NCBI GenBank assembly: GCA_012295275.1
Contig: CM022679.1
Coordinates: 1,984,001-2,048,000, forward strand
Reading direction: 5' to 3'
Length of the DNA stretch: 64,000 nucleotides
Source: Chrysomallon squamiferum
Taxonomy: Eukaryota; Animalia; Mollusca
The notes below the pieces were generated by a model, which was not told where the DNA came from, made no database searches, and saw nothing but the letters and a program-made list of their open reading frames with translations. Below are positions 38,770 to 50,911 of the stretch, one piece after another (the stretch's first letter is position 1; every line of letters starts with the position of its first letter). Made by a program: the position numbers and the translations under genes.

Positions 38770-41286
38770 CTATTTTTTTGTTTTTTTTCTCGCTTCCTTT
38801 AAGCTGTGCATGTTACTGCCTGACTGTAAGCCTTGTAAATTGGTATCCTTGTCAACTGTGTTTGACTTCCTTGAACATGCAGAGTAAGTTTCAACTTTAG
38901 ATTTTTTGGTAGAAGACTCCAGAATATCTGTGTTACATTTTTCTGGCAAATGTGGTGGAACAAATTTTCTTTTAAGCTTCCATTTTGCACTTATAATGAA
39001 AGACTGTGGCTGCTCAGATGCTTGGTTGTTCTTGCATAATATCTTTTCCATGTCATTGGCTGCTGTTGTTACAAGCAAGTCCCACATTGAAGTTGGAGGT
39101 CCACTACAGTTTTCTGACTTAACATGACAATCCATATTACTGTCAATTGTGGAAGGAGCAATTTGTGATTTAGAGATAAAACTACTGTCAACTGGGTAAA
39201 TACCAGTCTTCTGAAATCCCGAAATTAAATTTTCTGATGTCAATGCTTTCATGTATGGTTTTGCAGTCAATCCAGCTACCTCATACCTGGAGATACTGGC
39301 TCCTGGATTTCTTCTTAAGTAGAGATGGCATTCCTTCTTGTAGATATTCTTGAAAGGACCAAAAATTGCCACATCCCAAGATTGTGTTAAATGACTGGTG
39401 TGTGGAGGAAGGACAAACAATATGACATTATGCTTTTTGGCCCAATCAGCCAAGGTAAGGTTAATATGGGACTTATGTCCATTATATATTACCAGAGTCA
39501 CTCGTTGGTCTTTTGTGTCTGTAATTCCTGCATGTTTAGCAAAGTGTTTGGTAATATATGTGTGAAATATTTCAGAGTTTGACCATCCTATTTCACTCAT
39601 TTCACCATCAGATCCTGGGGGGGCACCATTTAGCAGCTTATTCATCCACCGTTTACCAGCAAAAACATAGTAAGGTGGAATACAATAGCCAATAGCATTT
39701 CCTCCAGCAATAATTGTAACTGTAGATAATCTTTGTGATGTAATCGCCTCTTGATTTACAGCTTTGTTGCATACAATTTTGGGTGCAGAATGATCAGTAG
39801 TAATTCCAGTCTCATCAATAATAAAAATTCTTTCTGGTTTGTCTTCAAGACCGTGAGTAGAAATAATTTTTGAAAGCTCTTTGAAGTACATGGCAAAAGT
39901 TACCTTTGAAGCTGCTTTTGCCCTAACAAGAGAATGTTTTTGTGGTTTCAACAACCTGAGATCAGGCCACCTCTTTAAAAAGCCACAAAACCAATTATTG
40001 CTCAAAGCATCATTTTTTTCAGATTGTAATCTTTTTCCAAGTGACTGTGCATAATCTCTAGCCATACCTTTTATTGCAGTTCTGTTGTACTCATAGCCAA
40101 TAGAAGCCATATATTCAATATGATTAACAAGGGTCTGCTCCTCATCTTTACTGAATATATTTTGAAAGCCAATGTTTATACCTAATGGTACTTTTCCCCG
40201 TGTTCTATCTCTTAGTGTAGATTCAGGAACATGATATTGTCTTGCAGCCTGATACACAGAAAGTCCCCTACATGTTGCTTCATATGCATGCTGAAGATTC
40301 TCTCTGTCATACTGTAATCTGACGTGTTTGTATGGATTCTGTTAAAAAAAAATAATAATAATAATAAAAGAGTAACAATAAAATGTAAATAATATTTTTT
40401 TTTTTTAAAAGCAAACCTTTTATTTTATGGCTTCAGTGGTAAACATATGGTCATACTAATGTTTTCCCTAGCAGGTTTTAGCATGGTGCAGCACCATGCC
40501 TCAATAGTATAGCACCATCTTGCCTTAACCAGGACCATGCTTCCCTTTTTCAATAATTCTAAAATTGCCTTGATGAAAAACTCTAAAAATGTATTATTAA
40601 TGTAATAAAAATATTGTTATACGTTTTACCATTCATTTATTAAAACATTAATTACATTTATTTCAATTTAATTATTATTATTTTTTTTTTTTAAATCCAA
40701 AAACAAGGGTTACGTGAAAACGGTGAAAATGCCCCTAAAATGTTTTGCCTACCATGCCATGCGAAATTTCTAGGGAAAACAATGCATATTGTTATTATAG
40801 TTTATTTTTAACTGTTCATCATATTAGTATGATTCAATAGTTATATAATCAATATTTATCGAGTGAAACCAACAACAGAACATATTAAAAGTTATGTGTT
40901 GTTTAATTGTCAGTAAATGTGGGCATGACCCTTAAAAGTGTCCATACTTTTCTAGAGGTCGCTCGTTCTAAATATATTAACACAGTGATCGTGTATAGCA
41001 GTCATGGGCACACTGCGGCCCGCGCGCCTTTCTGGGTGGCCCGCCTAATTGTTCCATTTACAATGTAAATTAGCACCTGCGGCCCGCCTGAAGATGAGTC
41101 ATTTCTCATGCGGCCCAATTCTCGAAAAAGGCTGCTCATGCCTGGTGTATATCATCGATTTGATCGATTGCGTGTATGGTAAGTACAGAGACTATTTATA
41201 AGCGAAGGGGTGTCAGTAAAATCATACTTTCTGTTATTTTATAACCAAACAGTAAAACTGTGAATACTTGCCCGATTTTTTGACAT
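38770..41286 (-). CDS. Pogo-family DDE_1 transposase-like protein (~527 aa), probably inactive
   Basis: Predicted exon 1 41286-41272 (MSKNR, GC donor gcaagt) joined to exon 40338-38770 (NPYKHVRLQYDRENLQHAYEA...SVYQAARQYHVPESTLRDR; WFCGFLKRW; IDETG; YNGHKSH; LPPHTSHLTQSWDVAIFGPFK). The second catalytic Asp reads Asn. Exon 1 is less certain than the main exon. Confidence 0.75.
40457..40784. mobile_element. MITE with ~15-bp terminal inverted repeats inside the transposase intron
   Basis: taatgttttccctag (40457-40471) and ctagggaaaacaatg (40770-40784) are near-perfect inverted copies. Non-coding interior. Confidence 0.65.
40999..41144. mobile_element. hAT (Charlie-like) MITE
   Basis: TIRs cagtcatgggca / tgctcatgcctg (10/12 inverted match). 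8-bp flanking duplication gtgtatag (40991-40998) / gtgtatat (41145-41152). Internal gcggccc repeats typical of hAT non-autonomous elements. Confidence 0.8.
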
Positions 41287-42914
41287 TTTTTCAAAATCGT
41301 TCACCGGCAAAAGAACTAGTTGTCTATCATCACATTTCTATTAATAAACGTGCCACCAGGAGGCGTTGCGCGTGCTAAACCACAAACATGTAAAGGCCGC
41401 GTTATGGTGGAACCCGCGATATCGTGAGCAAGGCGTAATACTCTTTATTATGAGTGGTGCATGCAGTTAAATTTTGCGTTGTTAATGTTAACATGAATTT
41501 AACTGATATTCTGCAAAACAACAACAAAAATAATTTATATTTGAACTGTTTTACTTATAAACAGTTAATATGAATATTTTTTGTTATGGGCTACCAAAAA
41601 CAAATTTGGGCCACTGAATGTTTTTCATAATCAATATTTAGTGGTGCTGATTTGTTTTTCGGGGCACTATACATTTCAGTTGAGTTTTGAGCCCTGTATA
41701 TGTATTTGTCAATGTGTCAGTTTGTGTATGTACGTGTTGTATATCTGTGTACATATTTATTACTGAAAACAGTTTTAGCTAAAATAATATCAATTTACTT
41801 GCACTTTATTGAATTTATAACATATATATATTTTAGAAATATTTTATACCATTATTTATCCTCGAGGAAATGATATATATAAGTGTATTACATATTATTT
41901 ATTTTTGCTTGAGTTTTTATTTATTTGTTTTTGTTATTTTTTTATTTTCCCCAAAAGTATAAACATAGGTTTTAATACGGAAAGGGGCTAACGTTTGAGA
42001 AATATTTTTTATTATATTAATGATAATAAGTTAGCACTGTTGCACATAAAGCAGTTTTGAGATTATGAGTCTTTCAGCCGTTTTGAACAATGTTGGATGG
42101 GATAATGATTTGCTAACTATTCCATTGCCATTATTGCCTTGTTAGCTACACTGTGATATTCACCACACACACACACATAAAAATATATTATGGGGGGAGG
42201 AGGGCAGGTTTTGGGGGTTTTTTATTCATTTATTTATTTTATTTTTTATTTTTTTAAGGATGTATGGAATTAATTCTGGTATTCTAGTAATCTGTTACAT
42301 TTTTTAAATGTTTTATATTTTTGTGGGTTATTTTAGACAAGGAAATGGTTAGAATTTTTTTTTTTTTTTTTTATCTTTTGTTTTACAAAAATACTTGTTC
42401 TTTGTTTTTAATTAAGATTGGTGTAGTTTTCATTATGTAACAGTAAATGGCAAACTGTTTTAAATATTTGTATTTCACTGAAATCTAAAAAAAACAATTA
42501 TTATTTAAAATTAATGATTTGAGTTTTTCTTTATTGTTAGCAAAGAATGGTTGCTGGCATCATAAAACAATCTTTCACAAGTATATAAATTGTATTAATC
42601 TGTATATGTTAAATTTCTATTTCTATTTAATCCTATGGTCTTTCAAGATAATTTATTTTCAACTTGTACATAAAAGACACATTTAACTAATATTTATATT
42701 GTTTAGATTAACATTTTGTAATGTTTATAATATACATTTGCAATATTTTGGCTTGATGCTACTGTAGATAATTAAGTTTTTTAATGCAGAGAATATATTT
42801 ATACTTCAATACGATTGATTCCTGGGTAGTTTACATAAAATTAAATTTAAAATTCAAATTTCCTTTAACCAACTGGTTTTTGAAAACACATATGTAGATG
42901 GAGGTTTGTGTTTC

Positions 42915-43140
42915 ATATGCATTTTTATTTATTTACTCTATTTTATATGCACTTTTGATCATTATTTACTTTGTTTTATATGACTTTTGATCATTATTTA
43001 CTTTGTTTTATATGCACTTTTGATCATTATTTACTTTGTTTTATATGAACTTTTATGTATTATTTATGTTGTGTTTTATATGCACTTTTATGCACTATTT
43101 ACTTTGTGTTTTATATGCATTTTTATTATTATTTATGCAA
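42915..43140 (+). repeat. ~31-bp minisatellite specific to unit B
   Basis: Unit approximately gcacttttgatcattatttactttgttttatat, about 7 copies. The unit A homologue (33701-33732) is unexpanded. Confidence 0.8.
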
Positions 43141-46100
43141 TGGGGTTTATATTTCATAAAAGTGGTTTCAAAATAAAATTGAATAAACTTTTTTTTACTT
43201 GTTTTGTATCAAACCTTGATGAAGCAGGTGTCTGAGATTTTTCTATTTGTTCTACCATTTTAATTTCCTTTTCTTCTTTTTTTTTATAATTATCTTTATC
43301 ATATTAATCTTTTAATTTAATGCATATTTGTAAACAAGGACATTTAAAAATATTACAAGGTTAGTCAGTGGTGTTTTTCAGTCAAAAAATCCTGAAATCC
43401 TGAAATTTCCTATAATTTATCTGATTATTATTTATTATTATTATCATTAATTATTATTATTTATTATTTTTATTATTGCTAAAGCATTCATAGTACATGC
43501 AGCATTTATTTACTTTGCTCAGTGTTTTTATGTGGTATGTTAAAATAACTATTATTAAATCTAGAAATATCTCAGTCTTTTTTTTTGGATTCTGTTGTAA
43601 ATCGTGCTACTGTTCTTAATGTCACACTTGTAGTGTACTTTCATTCACAAACTCTGAAACATCCACTGAAAACAAACACACAGTTTTACAAGTAAAAGTT
43701 TTATTTGATTATGCAGCCAGGTCCAGATACAAGCTCAGTCAAGTATAACAGAAAATGTATCCTTTGAAATCAACATACACATTTACATACAATTTGTTCA
43801 AAACATGACTTTAGCACCGTATGAAATACAAAATGATTTATATATGATTAAACGATAAAAATATACACATGTATATGGTATATAAAAAAATTTTAAAAAA
43901 AATGATAATGTAATTTTTATTAAACTCAACAATGAGATTTCTTAAGTACAGGGATTTGTGGTTTACAATGGAATTCACAGTAGATAAAGAAATGTTTTTT
44001 TGAAAACAATTATTTCACTTCAGTATTTTGATGTCTTTTATGAGTGAGGACAGTCTTTTGTGCATTGTGAGAATGTGTGAATTTAAATCTGATATAAACT
44101 GGCTCTCAACAATAACAAAGTATTTTCTTAACAATGTGCTCCTTGCAACATAATAACTTGTTTTTTGACCAACAAGTTATCAAATTTGAAATATCTTTAA
44201 ATTTTATTTTAAATAAATAACTTTTCTTTTATTCCTGCATGATTCAGCATTCCATAAACTGAAAAGGTTTATTACTACAAATCTGAAGAAAATAAACAGA
44301 GCCATGCGTTTACAAAATTAACAAAAATACCATACAAGAACATCAAAATGCTGAATTTAACAAGGTTTTCTTGATAATTTACAAAATTTCATTTCAGATA
44401 TAGCTGCTATATTTTCACAATAAACTCGATTCATCAAAAAGTAAAATAAAATGTGTATTATGTTTGATAAAGATGGTTAAACAAAAATGTAGCTCATAAA
44501 GAAAGTAGAATGAAGAGATAAAAATTCTACACAGGACCAGCCGTAAATACAAAGATATGATTAATAAATTATGTAGATCTGTAATTTAATCTTATTTTAA
44601 TTTATTTTCAAAGTTGTTTTATTTAACATGATTAATATTTAAGCACAAATCTGGCACTGTAAAATATATTAAAGATAAAAAAACAACTTTATAAAATTTT
44701 TGTTGTGTTGTTTAACAGAATGTTTCAGTGTATTACTATTATTATTTTTATTATTATATATATGTGTATATATATATATATAAATACACCAGTTAACTAA
44801 TTAGCATTTCAGATACAATTCAGTCATAGAAGAATAATTTTCACAACCTTAACATGTGAAACATGAGGTAATTTTCCTCCATTGTTATTGATGTTACCTG
44901 TCAGTACTGTTTCAAAACATGTATTATTAAAAAAAAAATTAAAAATTTTAAAAATCCCCAACAAATTATTATGATCATTCAATGAAGCAAAAACACATTT
45001 TATACACTGGCACAAAATTTAAGAGATCAATAAAAGGGAGATAAATCTGAGGTTAAGAAGCTGTGGTTTCAGCATCATTCATGATAAGTTGCAAGTAGTT
45101 TTTTAATCCTCACCTTTGCCTCAAACTGAAAAACACATGAAATAAAGTCTGCGAATAGGCAACAGGCTTCATGAAAAGATTAAAAAAAAAAATTCTTTCC
45201 ATAAGCAATTATTATTAATCATTATGACTATTTATAATAGATTTCTTTACTTCCTGTTCAACACTTCAATCAAGTTATTTTAAAAACTTGTTCATAATGG
45301 ACTCCAATCAGACACAACACAAAATAAATTCTGAGTATTATGTGTTAATGAACTAAATAATAATTTCTATGACAACAAAACTAAAACAAAATAAAATGTG
45401 CAGTGTCTAAGTATTGCCTCAGTGTAAAAATAAAAAAATATAAAACTTTCTTTGGTGATTAGATTACAATATTACACAAAATGTCTGAAAGATAATATTT
45501 ATCTTCTTCTTTATTAATTTTTAGGAATATAATAAGTTAAAATAAAAATTCAAAAAATATGATGAACTTGCAAAATATCTTTCTTATTACTTTATTATTT
45601 TGAGTTTAAATTATAGTTTTCCTAAATATATTTCATATGAAACATCCAAGTTAAATGTGTATATACAAATATAATTATATGAAATTCAAAATTAGTTATT
45701 ATTAATATGTCAACAATATACATCAGTAATTACTATTGTAAGAAAGCAAAAAGCGAAAACAATAAAAAGATTTTATAAACGTTCTTTTTAAAATAAGTGC
45801 CACAATTCACAATGAACTAAAATTTATATTTTTCATAACTTCTAATTAAATTAGATATTATGAGGTTGTTTTTCTTTTTCTTTTGTGTGTGTGGGTGGTT
45901 TTTATTTTCATTATTATAAATAGAGTAATTAATACATAATAATCCTATACAGATTAATAACAAATTAATAATATAACTTTTTTCTTTTATTTCTTTGGGG
46001 GGAATTTGGATAAATTAAAAAACAAGGTAGATAACTCCAGTATGAGAGCCAATACTCAAGGACTAGTTGTATTCTAACTACTCTCAGATCTTGTTAACAA

Positions 46101-46869
46101 TCGACCATCCTGTGAGATTCATTCTTTAAAACAACAAATTTAATAATATATCTCTCTCATTAAATACAGACAAGATAATAACAATAAAAGAAAGAAATAA
46201 AGAAAATTAAAATTTGTTATGAACTTAACAAAACCAGCATAAAGATAATTTTGTTACTGGTGCTATAAAAATGGTGTTTTGTACCAGATGCGGTCTCCTG
46301 TTCAACAGAATCAGTCACTGTCTTGGAATACAGAGAATATATTTGTTCAATCTATGGTTAAAATTATTAATTTTTGCCTTTATAAAAATGTTTCTTTTCG
46401 AAAATATTACTGGATAATTTTATGGTTCTAGAAAAATGAGACATATGTAGAAGTAACAGCTGTAATAATGACCAGCATCTCTGAAAAGACCATCTACAGA
46501 AGTCTCTTTCAACTTTGAACAGTTTTGGAATCAACAGATAGATAACCTGAATTTTTTTATTAAATGCTCATGTTTCTTTATTTCATTTTCTTTTTTTTAA
46601 TTATTTTTTTATTTTTATCTTCACATATAATTATTAATATATAATCATCATCCAATTTTATTATTATTAGAAATATTTTTAAAAAGAAATAAATAATAAA
46701 ATAAAATGAAACTACTTTCTGTATAAGTATCAGTGTGACTGATTTTGTTAGCCAGGGTCACACACTTCAGATCTGACAAATACAGGAGGTAATCTCAAAT
46801 CAGTGACTTACTCATTACAACAACAAACTTTTTCCCATCCACAACAAATCACATACTGCAACAAGATAA

Positions 46870-49800
46870 CTATTCTTCTGGATTGAGGGAACATGGACGT
46901 CTAAACTCCTGGCCTAGTTCATGAATCCACTTGTTAGACACCCACTTTGTTCCAATAAGAACTGGACAGGCAGCATGTCGAGTGTCATAGATACCCTCAC
47001 CATTACGATACAAGTTGTGCCAGAATGCAGCAGAACCCTGGAAAGTACAGAAAATACTAGTAATGTACAAATAACAAAATACTAGTAAAGCAAAGTACAG
47101 AAGATAACAGCAATGTACAACATAGTAAATACTAGCAATGTAAAATATAGAAAATACTAACAATATAAAATATAGAAAATGTCAGTAATTTTAAATGTAG
47201 AAAATACCAGCAATGTAAGATGTAGAAAATACCAACAATGTAAAAATATAGAAAATACAAGCAATGTAAAATATAGAAAATACCCACATTGTGAAATATA
47301 GAAAATATTAGCAGTGTGAAAGTACAATTAAAACATGAGAAAAATAAATGCTGGCTCTTAATTTGCATCAGTACATACCTCACAAGTAACTTTCTGAACA
47401 GTAAAATTACATAATACATTTTATAGGTGTGTAGTGATCTCTAATATGGATTAATGTGCACATACATATATATATATTTTTTTTTTTATTGGTGTTTATG
47501 TGACTTGCTGTAAATTGTACCTTTCTAGGAAACACTTTTACTCCAATGTATGGGAAAACTGTGGCACCTCCAGCATCCACATCACTCATCTAAAAACATT
47601 TTTAGTAAGTTTAAAAAAACCCAGATATGTTTTAATACTTTCTTCTAAATAATATCTTTCTAATAATATAGACAACCTTTTGGTTAACGCTTTAGATATT
47701 TGTATGATGGACATTATTCTTATCAAATAAATTGAAAACATAATATTTTTATTAAACAATGAATAAGCTAATCCTTATGATGTTAAATATACTAAAAACA
47801 GATTTCAAAATAAAAACATGCCCTAAAAAAAAAAACTTACATAATTTAACCATGTAGCAATTCTGTTGCCAGTTCCTAATGATTTGAAAGCATCTTTTTC
47901 TTCTTTCTGCAAACAAAAGTGATATTTTGGATTTAAATAAAATATATATACTGCATTATTTTTCAAAGTAATTAAGATTTAGTGACTGAGAGTAAGAAGC
48001 AAATTATCCAACGAAAAATACATTTATAAATGGTAAAATTATAAAAATTAACAGAACTTCAAAAGGAAATAAAAACTGTAATGATCAAAATTAATATTAT
48101 TATTGTATTAATATATATAAATCTATGAGCAATTTCTAAAATGTGGATAAATCAAAAAAATATCTGTATAGATGCAAAAAAAACGTAACAGAAGAGTTAA
48201 AATATTTCAAAAACTGTATACAGTAATATTCTAAGAAATGTTTTATATTAAATACTGAGGCACTGTTTTGTAATTTATCGTATCCAGCAGTCTAGAAAAA
48301 GTACAGCTTCCCGTATCTATACACAACAAACATTGTATTCTAGAAATGCCACTGAAAAACTATTTTACTTTGTAACAAAAAGACTGGATGTTCTTACCCT
48401 AGCAAAGTCATAATGAGGTTCATAATGTCCACCAATTCCATAGTTTGCTACCTGGAACATAAAGTAAACTTATTAAGGAAATGGAATTATGAAAACATCA
48501 GGTTAATATAAATAACAAGAAAAATTTGTTTTATATTTCATAATGTACTCACAGACATTTGATCTAACTTCAGTTATTTTCTTTTGTAACTGCCATTTTC
48601 AAACAGCAGTGTTATAACAATACAGAGGTTGTAAGAACTTTAAAAACATCAGCCGATATTGAAATACCACATGTATACTGATAACCTGATTTTAGATACA
48701 TACACACACACTTAAATGTATATATAAGAAAGCATTGTCTTTGATCACATTGGCTTACTGCATAATGCAATATTGTCTTTAAACAGACTGGAACAATGTG
48801 ATTAATTATGTGTTGTGCCATGTTTGGCATGTAAAGGAATGGCCTTATCCTGGATCTTAAATGATGACTGCTCATGTCAGTGAGATTTTCTTTATTGTCA
48901 CTGTCTACAAGTTTATTAACAATCACAGACTGGTAAATAACTGTATGACAATATAAAAAATAGTTACAAAAAATATCTATATGACTGTGTAAAACAGTAA
49001 TTAAAAATACCTGTAAGTATTCAGCAGTGTCCAGAGTAAGACCAGTTATCGCTTCAATTCTTTTACAGATTCTCTCTACTATAGGATGATCAGATGACTT
49101 GAGCCAAGCACTGAAATACAAGTAACAGTGTGAAATTATATTCATCCTGAAAAAACACATATATACATGCATAGAGATACACAAAAAGGCATTCACACAC
49201 ACACACACACACAAACACACACATACAGGCACACAAACACAAAGACACATGCATGAACAAATAAAATAAATTCAGTTGTACAGAAAATCTTTTTTTTATT
49301 AAAAGACATATTCTGCCAAAATTAAACATCAGTATATAAAATAATATCCCCAAAACAAGCAGTAAATAAATAATGTAAGTTGTATAGTTGTGTACCTCTT
49401 GCTAACTCTGTAGGAAGCAGTTTCTAACTCTCCTGTTTTGGAGTTCTGAATTGTGGCTCTCATCAACTGAAAAACACAAAAACTAAACATTAACCTTAAA
49501 TTTAATTTGTCTCCTACTGTCCATAGAACCATTTATGAAAAATGTGATTGGAGGTAATGATAAAAATTATATCTTCCATGTTACACGTGCTGTGATAGTA
49601 GATAATGATGATAATGATATTAAATAATTTTAAAACATAAAAAACATCTGAGCATGTTATGCGTTCTGTGATGGCAGTAATGATAAAAGTTATAACACCT
49701 TATACAAGCTGTTACAGGACACTGTGATGAAAATGATTTCTTGTTAGAAATAAAAACTTTATATGTTACACATGCTGTGATGGAATTAATTATGAAGATT

Positions 49801-50297
49801 ATATCTTATAAGAAACAAAAATACCATAACATTTTACACATGCACTTATGAGAGTATTATAAGGAAGTAGGTTAAATACCTTAGGCATGGCCAGTGACTT
49901 GATGACCTCTATCTCTGTGTCACTTATTACATCGTGGTACATAACAATCTGAGGTGACAAATACACATCCTCCTCTTTAGCTGGCCTGATCACCAGGATT
50001 GGGTGGCGGTTGTTGTCAGTGTAGCGGCATCGTAACTTATGCTGGTCCTTCACCTCCTACAAGTAATCACAAAAATAGTGAGAAGAATTCTCAAAGTGGT
50101 GTGATTAAATAAGGATGGGATTTTGTTTTATGCTGGTTAATTCTCAATTAAATTTGAATTTGAACATACTGTTATGTTGTATAGTTTGTTACATATATAT
50201 ATTTTTATATTATTTTATAAATATTTTTATGTTATTTTATTATTATCACTTTGTTTTGATTTTTTGGGGTTTTTTTTTTTTTTTTTTTTTTTAAGGC

Positions 50298-50352
<55 letters not shown>

Positions 50353-50866
50353 ATAATAATAATAATAATAATAAAATAATAAAATAAAAAAATAAAAAAA
50401 TAATAATAATAAAAAAAATACAATAAAAAAAATAAATAATAATAATAATAAAATAATAAAATAATATAAAAATAATAATAAAATAATAATAATAATAATA
50501 ACATAAAATAAAAGTAACAATAATAATATTTAGAATTAAAAAGATCTGAGACCCAACACTAACATAAAACTTGCAAAACGAAATACTTTATTCTAGGTAA
50601 TCCATAGTAATAAAAGATAAAATAACATCTGGAGGCAATTTAATTACAAAGTTATTATCAGTATTAATTTACAACCTTTTAACTGTGATACCCAATACTC
50701 CAAGTTATCAAAACTCCAGACTTAAAGCAGACAAAATTTAATTTTAAAATCTGGAATGCTGTTTTGCATTATAATGTACTTAAGATTAAGAAACTTAAAC
50801 TGTTTTCGGTTTAAGTATTTTTAATTTATTTATTTATTTATTAATTATTATTATTATTAATTTTAC

Positions 50867-50911
<45 letters not shown>

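Larger units (their letters stand above)
38676..41450 (-). mobile_element. Pogo/Tigger/Fot1-type DNA transposon remnant, 3'-truncated
   Basis: Absent from unit A; homology to A breaks at ~38675 and resumes at ~41880. Encodes HTH_psq, CENP-B-type HTH and DDE_1 regions. No terminal inverted repeats were recognised; the upstream boundary is approximate. Confidence 0.8.
35075..44836 (+). repeat. Tandem segmental duplication, unit B
   Basis: Second copy of unit A. It lacks ~1.7 kb of 5' sequence relative to A and has a ~3.2 kb transposon-containing insertion (38676-~41880). Confidence 0.9.

Noticed and set aside
49500-49800. Search for a second copy of the 71-nt exon that is mutually exclusive in vertebrate P4HA1
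   Set aside because: Only degenerate gttaca..ctgtgat repeats were seen; there is no homologous exon.
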